A DNA stretch of 62,865 nucleotides, counting the filler, from Aduncisulcus paluster (lineage: Eukaryota), in the NCBI GenBank assembly GCA_024181965.1. It is 8 parts of 8 records of this genome, joined end to end, with 100 filler letters (N's around TTAATTAATTAA, not from the genome) between each part and the next. Parts side by side here need not be neighbours in the genome. Positions count along the whole stretch, not along the records: positions 6,205 to 17,695 come from BQXS01010950.1; positions 17,796 to 24,477 come from BQXS01010951.1; 6 more parts are not named here. One strand, 5' to 3'. Shown in pieces: positions 10,658 through 20,357 of the stretch. The position numbers and the translations under genes were made by a program. The notes below the pieces were generated by a model that was given only the letters and a program-made list of their open reading frames with translations, ran no database searches and had not been told where the DNA came from. The stretch's first letter is position 1; each line of letters starts with the position of its first letter.

Positions 10658-12497
10658 TCAGATTAATGGAGTATTTTCGCCTACTTTCTTACCTTTCCTA
10701 CTCTTCCCGTCATCTTCACCATCACTTACTTGGACCTGATATCTCTTAGATCCTTTCCCCTCATCCTTTTCTATGTCTTCTTCCGATTGGGACTGGCCTC
10801 CTCTCTGTTGCTTCTGAGTACACTTCTTCACGATAGCATACACAAGAAGCATCACAAGAACAGTGAGAACTATTGAGAGAATGACTGCAAATGCCATGGA
10901 ATGGAACCAAGGAACGACTGTTGAAGTGAAAGGGACGGGAACAGACCCGTCAGAAGGAATTGAAGCATCGACGGCATCGGCAGAACCAATTCTCCAAACA
11001 TTGAACAAATCGTCTTGCTCTGTCCATGGAAGGAGATCATTGTAATCAGAGTCAAGGATCTCATGTAAACGGGACGCAACGACAATGGCTGCCCCATTGT
11101 TAGCGAGAGAAGGGAAGGAAGGGAAGATGAAGTCATTAGCATCACAAAGCTCAGTGTGATCGTGCATAATGAAGCCAGAGAGTGGATACTTGGAGACTGT
11201 TGAATCAATAGTGATAGTATTCGTTGTGTATGTGTCCAGAGNNNNNNNNNNNNNNNNNNNNGGCAGAACCAATTCTCCAAACATTGAACAAATCGTCTTG
11301 CTCTGTCCATGGAAGGAGATCATTGTAATCAGAGTCAAGGATCTCATGTAAACGGGACGCAACGACAATGGCTGCCCCATTGTTAGCGAGAGAAGGGAAG
11401 GAAGGGAAGATGAAGTCATTAGCATCACAAAGCTCAGTGTGATCGTGCATAATGAAGCCAGAGAGTGGATACTTGGAGACTGTTGAATCAATAGTGATAG
11501 TATTCGTTGTGTATGTGTCCAGAGAGAAGGCAAGCAGGGCATTATGTTCGATAGCAGACACAAACAGACGATCGTCATTTGAGACAGCGATACCGAGACT
11601 GGCACTCCCCATTCCTGAGGGAATATTACCGTCAGCACCGGATCCATCAATGACAGTGCTCAAAGAAGAGTATATCACAGAGTCACGGGAATCGGAATCA
11701 TTCAGAAGGGAAGCAGCAACAGAGTACACCGCATGGGAAGTAAGAGGGGAGAAGAAAACAGAATCCAGAGAACGAGAGAAAGCAATAGAAGCAATTCCAA
11801 TATTTAATGGGGAATTGGGAAAGACATCTTGACCACAAATGTCAAATACAACACTCAAATCGGGGAGAACCTCAAATCTGTCTTCCAAACGTCTCCAAGA
11901 CAAACGAGCTTGTAAATCAGCAACAATAATTGCCGGATTATAAGACATTTTGGAATCAATGTCAATATTGGCATCTGCAACATAGACTATGGATTTCTCT
12001 TCATCGATAGCAAACGAAGTGAGATAGGAATTCAAAGAAATAGAGCTGTCAAGAGTAAAAAGATCCTTCCTTACTCCATCAGAAGAATAGCGAACGATCT
12101 TTGCACATTTTGAACACGGAGTACTATCAAGATCAGCTCTTCCAGAATCAAGAATCCAGACATCTCCATCAGTTCCAACATATATATCAGACACAGAAAT
12201 AAGAGATGTAGTCGTTGAAGAAGTGTGTGTGGTCCAATCGGGGAAAGGAGTAAGAAACCCATCAGCATCCTGATCGATCAAAGAGACGGTGGCGGGTACA
12301 TCAGAAAAAAATCTGGGAGTAACACCAAAATAACGGTCATTTGAATAATCGTACACCACCTTTGTAAGAGCAACGTGACGATATGTCTGATCATCCAAAT
12401 AGGCGTCCCCCTCTTCGGCTGAATCAAAGTTATAGTTTATATATGGGAAACTGAAGAGTTTCTGGTTCGTAAAGTCATGCTCATAGAAAGATTGCAT
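10658..12497 (-). CDS. Yellow/major royal jelly protein-like beta-propeller with C-terminal TM helix (~518 aa after removing the assembly duplication; true 5' end uncertain)
   Basis: Motifs LISVSDIYV..DGDVWILDSG, AIIVADLQARLSWRRL and GIASIAFS...VFFSPLTS are typical of MRJP/yellow. ORFs 11205-12497 and 10658-11650 join in frame once 283 nt (duplicate plus Ns) are removed. TM segment MAFAVILSIVLTVLVMLLVYAIV. Confidence 0.75.
10979..11524. other. Assembly artefact: 263-bp sequence duplicated either side of a 20-N gap
   Basis: 10979-11241 equals 11262-11524. Confidence 0.92.
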
Positions 12498-12815
12498 ACT
12501 TCTCTGTTACATTGCCGAAGAAAAAAGGAAAAATCGCTGTCTTTGGTCTTGAAGCCTTTCTCGTGAATATTGTAACCATTTGTATAAATGCAGATAAGGT
12601 AATATTTGACCTTCATTTTTTTCTCGAATTGATCCAACTTCAATTCCCAATCGATTTCTATCTTCCCAAAAACAAATAAAAGAGAAAATTGAAAGAAAGC
12701 GCTCACATATATGTCAGTAATTAGTTAAAAAATTAATATCAAATGTAATTTTTATTGCACTTAACAGTCTACCAGCATTATTTTGCGAGTTTGCTTCAAG
12801 GAAATATAAAATATA

Positions 12816-13208
12816 ATGAACAAAGAATTGATTGAAGAATTCCAGAAAGTTCAGAAGCGTTTGATGGTTGAGCGCCAACAAATCCAACAGATTACGCAGA
12901 CTATGAATTTCAAGAAAATCGAGGTTGCAAAGACTGAAAAAATGCTCGAAGAAATTTGTGCCAGCAAAGATTGTCCCAAATTTAACAATTTTGGAAAAGC
13001 ATACGTTGTCATTGATCATACAGAACTTGTTGATGATTTGAGAAAGAAAATGAAAAAGCTGCAGAATGAGGAAAGAATTCTTGGCGATTCATTGAAATAT
13101 GCACAAAAAAGAATCAAAGGAACCGAAGATAGATTTTCAGAAGTCCTAAAAACTATCCAAGCCGAAAATGAAAAACTTCAGAAACTTGAAGATGATAAGA
13201 AGAAATAA
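12816..13208 (+). CDS. Prefoldin beta-type subunit (PFDN1-like)
   Basis: 130 aa coiled-coil/hairpin/coiled-coil with central KFNNFGKAYVV, resembling prefoldin Y..VG.MF. Confidence 0.75.
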   Translation: MNKELIEEFQKVQKRLMVERQQIQQITQTMNFKKIEVAKTEKMLEEICASKDCPKFNNFGKAYVVIDHTELVDDLRKKMKKLQNEERILGDSLKYAQKRIKGTEDRFSEVLKTIQAENEKLQKLEDDKKK

Positions 13209-13351
13209 GACATAATTCAATGTCAAAAAAATAATATATCCTAACAATAAATGACTTTTTTTCCATCGATATCTTTATTAATTGGCTTTCAAGCCCTAAT
13301 AGGTTGATTGCGAAAAATAGAATGGTTTTGAGAGAGAATAGAAGAAGTTAT

Positions 13352-14116
13352 ATGGGTGATCGGTGGTCAAAAGTATATAGAAAAACTTCTCGTGCAGAAA
13401 GACAACAAAAATCTAGTCGTAGAAGACTTGGAATGCTTGAAAAACATGGTGATTATAAAAAACGGAGCAAACATATTCGAGAACAAAAAGAACGGATTAC
13501 AAGACTTCGTAGAATTGCTGAAGCTGCTAATCCTGATGAATATAATGAGAAATTAATGGCAAAAGGAACCACTATGAGTGGAAAGTTGGTGATTGATAAC
13601 AGAAAGAAGGAATATTCACCTGAGGAAATTGAACGGCTCAAAAAAGAAGATGCTCTTGCGTTCCGTTTAAAAGCCAGTAAGATTGGAAAAGAAGCGGAGC
13701 ACATTCAAAGTTATCTATCTAGGACGTCTCCCACTGGAAATCATTATTTATTTGTGAAAAAAGGAACCATAAAGAATTCACAAGATGCTATCCGAGTTGC
13801 ATGCGAGCATTTTGATGTTCCTGAAGAATTATTGGGATTAACTTGTGCCTCATACATTACTCGGGAAAAACTACGCCAAAAGGGGACAGCTTCCGCTAAA
13901 GATATCAAACATGCGGAGAAAAGAGCTAAACTAACCATTAGTAAGATTAAACAGGTTGCTTCTCTGAAAGACCAGGCCAATTATTTAGAAGCAATGGCCG
14001 ATATTGCTGATCAATCCAGTCGACTCTCGAAAGAAAAGGGGAGGAAAAGAAAGGTTATTGGAAAGAACTCTTATGGTAAAACCATGTTCCAATACACACC
14101 TGAACGAAGAAAATAA
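13352..14116 (+). CDS. UTP11: U3 snoRNP/SSU processome protein Utp11
   Basis: ERQQKSSRRRLGMLEKHGDYKKR, ANPDEY and C-terminal FQYTPERRK match Utp11 motifs. Alternative ATG at 13322. Confidence 0.9.
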   Translation: MGDRWSKVYRKTSRAERQQKSSRRRLGMLEKHGDYKKRSKHIREQKERITRLRRIAEAANPDEYNEKLMAKGTTMSGKLVIDNRKKEYSPEEIERLKKEDALAFRLKASKIGKEAEHIQSYLSRTSPTGNHYLFVKKGTIKNSQDAIRVACEHFDVPEELLGLTCASYITREKLRQKGTASAKDIKHAEKRAKLTISKIKQVASLKDQANYLEAMADIADQSSRLSKEKGRKRKVIGKNSYGKTMFQYTPERRK

Positions 14117-14614
14117 TCTCCTCTCCTAAAAATAATCCTGATCCAAAAACCATAATAATATATCCATTTGGCTGAGAGATGGATGATATGAGGTTTATTG
14201 AAACTCTTATTAACAATTTGTTCCACGAATTTTCGAAAGTTTCAATTTGAAACTCAAAGTTTGAAATTATTTTCAATCGGTTCCATTCTCATTTGATATA
14301 TTATTATCCAGCATACATATAATGAAACTATGTTTGAATTCTTCTATTGTTTTTACAATATTCAAGGTATATGGGAAGTATGTGATATTTCCAATTTCTC
14401 GTTCCAATCTACGATTATAATATATTATCCAAGGAAGATTATTGCGTTTAGAGTGCAGGTTTATAATAAAATAGATAATTCAAAAGGCCTAACAGATTCC
14501 ATTGGGAATATTTTCGAAAATTCTCCAATTTTTTTGACCTAACATATTTTTCAATAATCTGTTCTAATCCATTTACATATATTTACTTCATCACATTGTT
14601 TATAAACTAGTTCT

Positions 14615-15997
14615 ATGTCCCTATCATTTTTTGAACGAAGTTTGTTATATGAAAAAACAAAAAGGGAAATTCGTAGGCCGTCTTCTGGAGTTTCCCCAAG
14701 TTTAAAGCATCAACTATCTCCTCATATATCTTCTAATATCGACAGATTGTCTAATCGTAAGCTTAGTTCCGCTGTCAAGTCTCCAACATCTACTCCAATC
14801 CGAGCGTCTCATGCTGGCCTTGATCCAATTGTATCACCGCAATTAGCGAGAAGAATTTCCATTAGAGGTCATAATTCCCATGGTCCGCGCTCTCCAATCC
14901 GTTCTCCACATTCCCCTCATCCCTCTCAAGGAATTTCCCCTATATCATCCCCACATAGTGCTAAGAAGGTCAAAGTTTTGTTATTATCATCAAGACATAC
15001 CCCTGTTCGTCCATCTAGAACTGAGAAACGAAGTGCTAGTGCTATAGTTAATCGGCGACCATCAGTTCATACCCCTTCCTTTGATCGACAGTCAAGAGGT
15101 GGTAAACCCCGCAGTTCAAGTGTTTCTTCCTTAAAATGGAACCGTAATAGATCATCTACGAGTTCCATTGGATCCTTGCATGACCAATCACCCCCATATG
15201 GATATAAACAACGTATCATCAGTCCTTATTCCAGCAAAAGTACTCTCATTGATCGGGATAATGGCAATGATATCAAATCAATATCTCAGTCCCCGAAGAA
15301 ACCTGTTGTAAGAGGAGCTTCTGTGCGTCATTATATTCCTCGGAGAGTCAATGATCCTGATTCACACGTTATGAAACCCCCAGCCATTGAAATCGATGAT
15401 AGTCTTGTCAATCAGGCAGCTGATGATGCCTCAATAGCTTTATTATCGCTAGAATATGCCATCTTACATCCTCCAATCCCCTCCCAAAGCCCTCCTTTTC
15501 TCCGCACTGCTGTTCGTGCGCAAGAAAGGGCTAGGAGTGTGACTGAACGAAGAAAAAGACATGAAGAATGGGAACATACTCAACATCTTCTCAAAAAATC
15601 AACGGGATCCTCGTATTCGTTCGGGAAAAAACATTTAGAAGTATCTTATGACCCGCTTGACACCATGACATCAACAATGTTCTTCTCAATGCGACATGGA
15701 AGTGACATTCGTTTGTCAACAGGGGTTTCTCACGTTGGAAGTTCCTCATTCCAGTCACAAGGTAGGAATAGAGGTCGAGACGAGGTATACTCTGGTTCAA
15801 TTCACCAAACTATGCACCCAGCCCAAGGATTCCGGCAAAGAAGCCAGTCAGCTTCGACAAAGAGAGAGTCATATGCCAGAAGTTATAAACAAATACCTCG
15901 AGAACCTATACGCCAAGGATATTATACCCAAAAATTAAACTATGATGACGAAGATTTGTCCGATTCATTCGAGTCTTGTAAATCAGAGGAGATATAA
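14615..15997 (+). CDS. Hypothetical Ser/Arg/Pro-rich protein (460 aa)
   Basis: Long ATG ORF, low complexity, no recognised domain. Confidence 0.75.
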   Translation: MSLSFFERSLLYEKTKREIRRPSSGVSPSLKHQLSPHISSNIDRLSNRKLSSAVKSPTSTPIRASHAGLDPIVSPQLARRISIRGHNSHGPRSPIRSPHSPHPSQGISPISSPHSAKKVKVLLLSSRHTPVRPSRTEKRSASAIVNRRPSVHTPSFDRQSRGGKPRSSSVSSLKWNRNRSSTSSIGSLHDQSPPYGYKQRIISPYSSKSTLIDRDNGNDIKSISQSPKKPVVRGASVRHYIPRRVNDPDSHVMKPPAIEIDDSLVNQAADDASIALLSLEYAILHPPIPSQSPPFLRTAVRAQERARSVTERRKRHEEWEHTQHLLKKSTGSSYSFGKKHLEVSYDPLDTMTSTMFFSMRHGSDIRLSTGVSHVGSSSFQSQGRNRGRDEVYSGSIHQTMHPAQGFRQRSQSASTKRESYARSYKQIPREPIRQGYYTQKLNYDDEDLSDSFESCKSEEI

Positions 15998-16414
15998 TTA
16001 TTGTTGATTGTTTTCAGACTTATATATTGTTGTTTGATTGACCATTCACCCCTTTTTTAAGCTGGGGGTTTGCGTATTGTTTTTAATTTTTTGTTTCGGC
16101 CTCTCGGTCTTCGAAATTGCGTTTGGTGTAATCTTACGATACGAATTTAAAATAAAGTGAATTTATTAATAAATTATTAAGATTTTACTCGAATCTTCTC
16201 AAGTACTCACATAGAATCGAACAATAAGACGTCGTAGCTTATAAATGCTGTTTTGCCTGTGATAACAATAACCCAAGTAGGTATCTCCATTAATTATTCA
16301 TTGAAATTAATTTATGTGAATCTTATATATCTTTATTAACCTTTTTCAAATAGCCTCACCTCAAAAAGTCGTAGTCCACTTCCACAGACCATTTGTATTC
16401 TTTGTGTTTTTATA

Positions 16415-17695
16415 ATGTCAAAATATCTTGAAAAAACTCTTTTTCCCGTGATTCAGAAATCATTACTCTCACGAGGACCCTCAAAACCATGCTCATTCAT
16501 GTTTAGTGGGACTCAAGGCGTTGTGTTTAAAAAAATTAGTGACTCCTTTTTTTCTAAATATGAAAAGAATGTGGTAATGCCCGTGTGTCTTCCTCGGATA
16601 GCTGCCAATAGAATTCCCGTCATATTTTTCTTTCCCGGATTGCTTGAATTTTCAAATCTTAAGAAAGAAGAAAGTTTAATCATTTTATTACTTGGAAGTT
16701 CGAAAAAAGAACATGGTTCTGAACTGAGACCCTTTTTTTACCATTCTAAATATGTTTGTCCATATACAGTCGTTTGGATGCCATTTTCTGTTCCCAATGG
16801 GGAGTTAAATCCTGAACGGCACTTTCTGCTATGCAAATTCAAACAAGTTAATATGGTCCAAGTCTTTAATCCAGAGCAGCTCCAATGTGTCTGTTCGATG
16901 GGCGAATCTCCCACCTTTGGAGGAAATATAAACATATCGAAGTTTCCCTGGATATCCTATAAAAAAGGCTTTGTTGGTCATAAATTCCCAATTTCGAATT
17001 TCTTGGCTCTCTATTCGTCTCCTCCTGAAATTATGGGGAAAAAGTCTGGTAAGAAACCCAAAGTTACGTCAGTGTCGAAAATAGGCGATTCTTTTGCACT
17101 CAAGTTCCTTCAGCGTGTGTTTAAGCTTCATGATAACCCTACGAAATTGGTTCACAGCATTGTTCCAAATTTACGAAATACTTTTTCTGTGGGCACCTTT
17201 TTCCAACCTGATGTACCCAAATTTGATGCCAATTGGCCCGATGTTATCAAAAGAAACATCCACAAAGCCATGAAACTGTTTGAGAAGCGATCTCATACTC
17301 CTGTTCCAGTTCTTGTACAAGAGCCTGCACAAGCCTTTTCATTGGTTCAATCTCAAGAAAAAGAAGAAAAACAGAAGAAAGAAGAAGAAAAAAAGAAGAA
17401 AGAAGAGGAAAAAAAGAAGAAAGAAGAGGAAAAAAAGAAGAAAGAACCCCCCAAACAAACTTCCCCGAAGAAACAAAAGAATGCTCATCATTCCAATGAA
17501 ATAATTCTTGAAAAACGATTGAATTTGATTGGATTTTCAATGGGAAAAGATGGATCTTCTCCATTAGATACCATTGAAACAATCAAACCTCTTGGACCTT
17601 CGATTCCAAAGGATTTATCATTCATTCCCATCTCAATTGTCTTATCGTTTCCTTTCTTCCCCTCCGTTTCATCCTCTCTTCTGTCTTGCAATTCT
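16415..17695 (+). CDS. Hypothetical protein with KKKKEEE repeats, truncated by contig end
   Basis: ORF of more than 425 codons running into the linker; 21-nt tandem repeat at ~17375-17445. Confidence 0.7.
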
Positions 17696-17795
17696 NNNNN
17701 NNNNNNNNNNNNNNNNNNNNNNNNNNNNNNNNNNNNNNNTTAATTAATTAANNNNNNNNNNNNNNNNNNNNNNNNNNNNNNNNNNNNNNNNNNNN

Positions 17796-18190
17796 TCATC
17801 ATCTTGAACCTCTTCGTGAGCTTTCTTGAGCTCCTCAGCGAGATCTCCAGGGGGGAGGTTGAGGTCTTCCTTAGGTTCACCATCGGTGTCCATCAAAATA
17901 ACTTGGGCCTCATCGATGTCAACAAGCTCGTATTCTTTCTTATCAACGTGGGGAGCCTCCATGTTATGAGTGGTTCCACAAACATCTTCATACTTGACAC
18001 CAGTGAAAATATTGATTCCGACAATCCTAGCTTTAGCGTGACCGTGCTTTCCAGTCTTGGAGATGGAGATATCAGTGATCTTGCAAGGGTTCTGTTTCAA
18101 CATGGCGTAGTGTCCTTTACGGAACTGACCAGCAGCAACGGGGTAGGTCAAAGAAGCACCAGATCCAGCTTTTTCAAAGGTTTCGTCCAT
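17796..18190 (-). CDS. eIF5A: Translation factor eIF5A (C-terminus cut by contig end)
   Basis: Hypusination motif SKTGKHGHAK; GSGASLTYP; IFTGVKYED. Confidence 0.97.
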
Positions 18191-18687
18191 TTCAAGAAAA
18201 GATAGGCGTCAAAAGTACTGCCTTATTCCTATAAGGTGGAAAAATCCTAAAAATAGATTTGACTGAGATAATGTATGATCAAGGGTTTGAAATGAAATAT
18301 TATGTTTTAACAAATTATTCTTATTTACATTCGAAATAATATTTCGAAAACCTCTTCAAATTTGAAATTACGCTAACAACAAAATTCTGGACAATAATCC
18401 ACATTACCTTTATTTTTTTGTGTCTATGTTAATTTATCAATGTGCTTGATTGTAATATTGTTTAAATAGTTCATTTAATTTGATTCTACCCCATAATATT
18501 TGAATTTGAAAATTGCCAACGTTATGAGCTCTATTAAGATAAAAATATTTACCCTTTTTTAAAAATAACACTTGAAACTTAATAAAATCATTCTGCTATC
18601 AACATTTGATAAGGTGAAGCCCCTACTGTGAAATACTCACTTTGTTTTTTTCGAGCTAAGAGGCTTCATATTTCCAATAGATTGAAA

Positions 18688-19200
18688 ATGAGTTCATCTG
18701 AGCATTTATTGAAGCAACAATGGTCCTTATGGTTCCAGGATATGTCCAAAGATAAAGCCATCCATGCTGGATCTTATCAGGAGAGTTTGAAGAAGCTCTT
18801 GGATATTTCAACCGTTGAAGAATTTTGGGGTGTATATGAAAGTATTCCTGCCTGTGATAAGTTAGATACTTGCAATATTTGTTTGTTTGTGAAAGAAGTC
18901 GCTCCTGAGTGGGAAGATCCAATGAATTCTGGAGGTTATAATTTTACTTTGGATTTACCTTCCCAAAAAGAACAAGCCCAGGATATTTGGAAGAATCTTC
19001 TCATGGATCTTGTCGGACATAAATTCCCCTCCATTGATTACATTACTGGCATTGTCTTAAAGAAACGTACAAAGGATAATAAGGCCAGATTAACAGTCTG
19101 GACAACAAAGATTAAGGAAGAAATCAAGAGGGAGATCATGTCCTTCCTTGAAAGAGAGACCAAAGTAAGAAAGATTACAGCCAAAAAGGTAACACCCTAA
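18688..19200 (+). CDS. eIF4E: Cap-binding translation initiation factor eIF4E family
   Basis: HLLKQQWSLWF, STVEEFWGVY, PEWEDPMNSGG, ITGIVL and RLTVWT give the eIF4E Trp pattern. First ATG at 18688. Confidence 0.95.
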   Translation: MSSSEHLLKQQWSLWFQDMSKDKAIHAGSYQESLKKLLDISTVEEFWGVYESIPACDKLDTCNICLFVKEVAPEWEDPMNSGGYNFTLDLPSQKEQAQDIWKNLLMDLVGHKFPSIDYITGIVLKKRTKDNKARLTVWTTKIKEEIKREIMSFLERETKVRKITAKKVTP

Positions 19201-19527
19201 AGATTTCTAGATCACGATAGTCACGAGAAAAATAATCAATATAAAATTTCTTCAATCAGATATGCATGGAGTATCTATGGATTTAGTTGTTTGGATTGTT
19301 CAATTTCAGTTAAAAGACTCAAATAAATTATTCTTCAATTTATCAAAATATAACTGATATTTCTCTGTGGATGAGATGCTCGATCCGGTAATATACACTG
19401 TATATTACCATGATGGCATCATGTAAATATAACATGATGTTTTCCTTGCCATATTCGAATTTATTTCTCTGATCTCTCTTGACTTTTCATATAATTCCAT
19501 TATATTTACGTTGTACATCGAATCAAT

Positions 19528-19839
19528 ATGTTAAGTTCTTCGTTTTGTTCCCTCCTAAAATCATTTGCCAATCCTCCGAATGTACAAGCTTTTTTCGACC
19601 AAATTGAATATAAAATTAAAGAAAAATATCCCAAAGCTCTTATAAATATCATCGATGAGACTCCTCAAGTTGGAACTACCTCTTGTGTTGGAAAATGGAT
19701 TACTGTGGAAGTGGATGATCCCACCCTCTTGAAACCAATGGATAGAATCAAAGCAAATCGCGGAATTATGCAACTTTTGAGTGATGATGTTGAATCTGGT
19801 GTCCTTCATGCTTTATCAGTCCAGGTCAATAAGAAATAG
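19528..19839 (+). CDS. BolA family protein with putative mitochondrion-related-organelle presequence
   Basis: IIDET...SC, RIKANRGIMQLLSDDVESGVLHALSVQ matches the BolA R.R.V...L..E...G.HAL pattern. N-terminus MLSSSFCSLLKSFA. Confidence 0.8.
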   Translation: MLSSSFCSLLKSFANPPNVQAFFDQIEYKIKEKYPKALINIIDETPQVGTTSCVGKWITVEVDDPTLLKPMDRIKANRGIMQLLSDDVESGVLHALSVQVNKK

Positions 19840-20357
19840 ATTCAACTCTACCCTCTACAATTACTTTGAAAGCTGCTTAGGCAAGAAAGCAAGATATGTT
19901 GATAAATCATTATATTGGGTCTGCATATTCTGTTAAAACGAGACGGACAGTAGGCTACTGTCAGTAGCTCCAGCCTACTATTAATATTAAATTATCTTGA
20001 ATAGATCTGACTAGCTGTCGCCCGCCCATAGTATTCCAACGATTTAATTGATTTTATCATATTAATTTCTTCGATAATTTGACAGCTGCCGTTGAATCTG
20101 TACAATATCAAAATAATAAATATTCTATTTAACAATTATAAGCTCTTTTTAATCTTTATTTGTGCTTTATTCCCATTTTATTCATTGGATTTCATTCCGA
20201 ATTGAAAGAAGTCCTTCCTTGAACGTTACCAGGTTTTTTTTTTATCGCCGTAACGTCGACAAAGCGGTTATTATTCCCTTTAAACCGAAAAATATCTGGT
20301 TCGAAAAACTATTTCTACCGTAATTCCCTGAGTTTTTCTCTGCTTAGACTTATCTCA

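Noticed and set aside
10979-11524. Apparent tandem duplications in the MRJP-like, LRR and ZW10-like genes
   Set aside because: Each straddles a 20-N gap with (near-)identical copies, consistent with unmerged contig overlaps.
17518-17550. LNLIGFSMG as an alpha/beta-hydrolase GxSxG motif
   Set aside because: A single short motif with no other support, in a truncated ORF.
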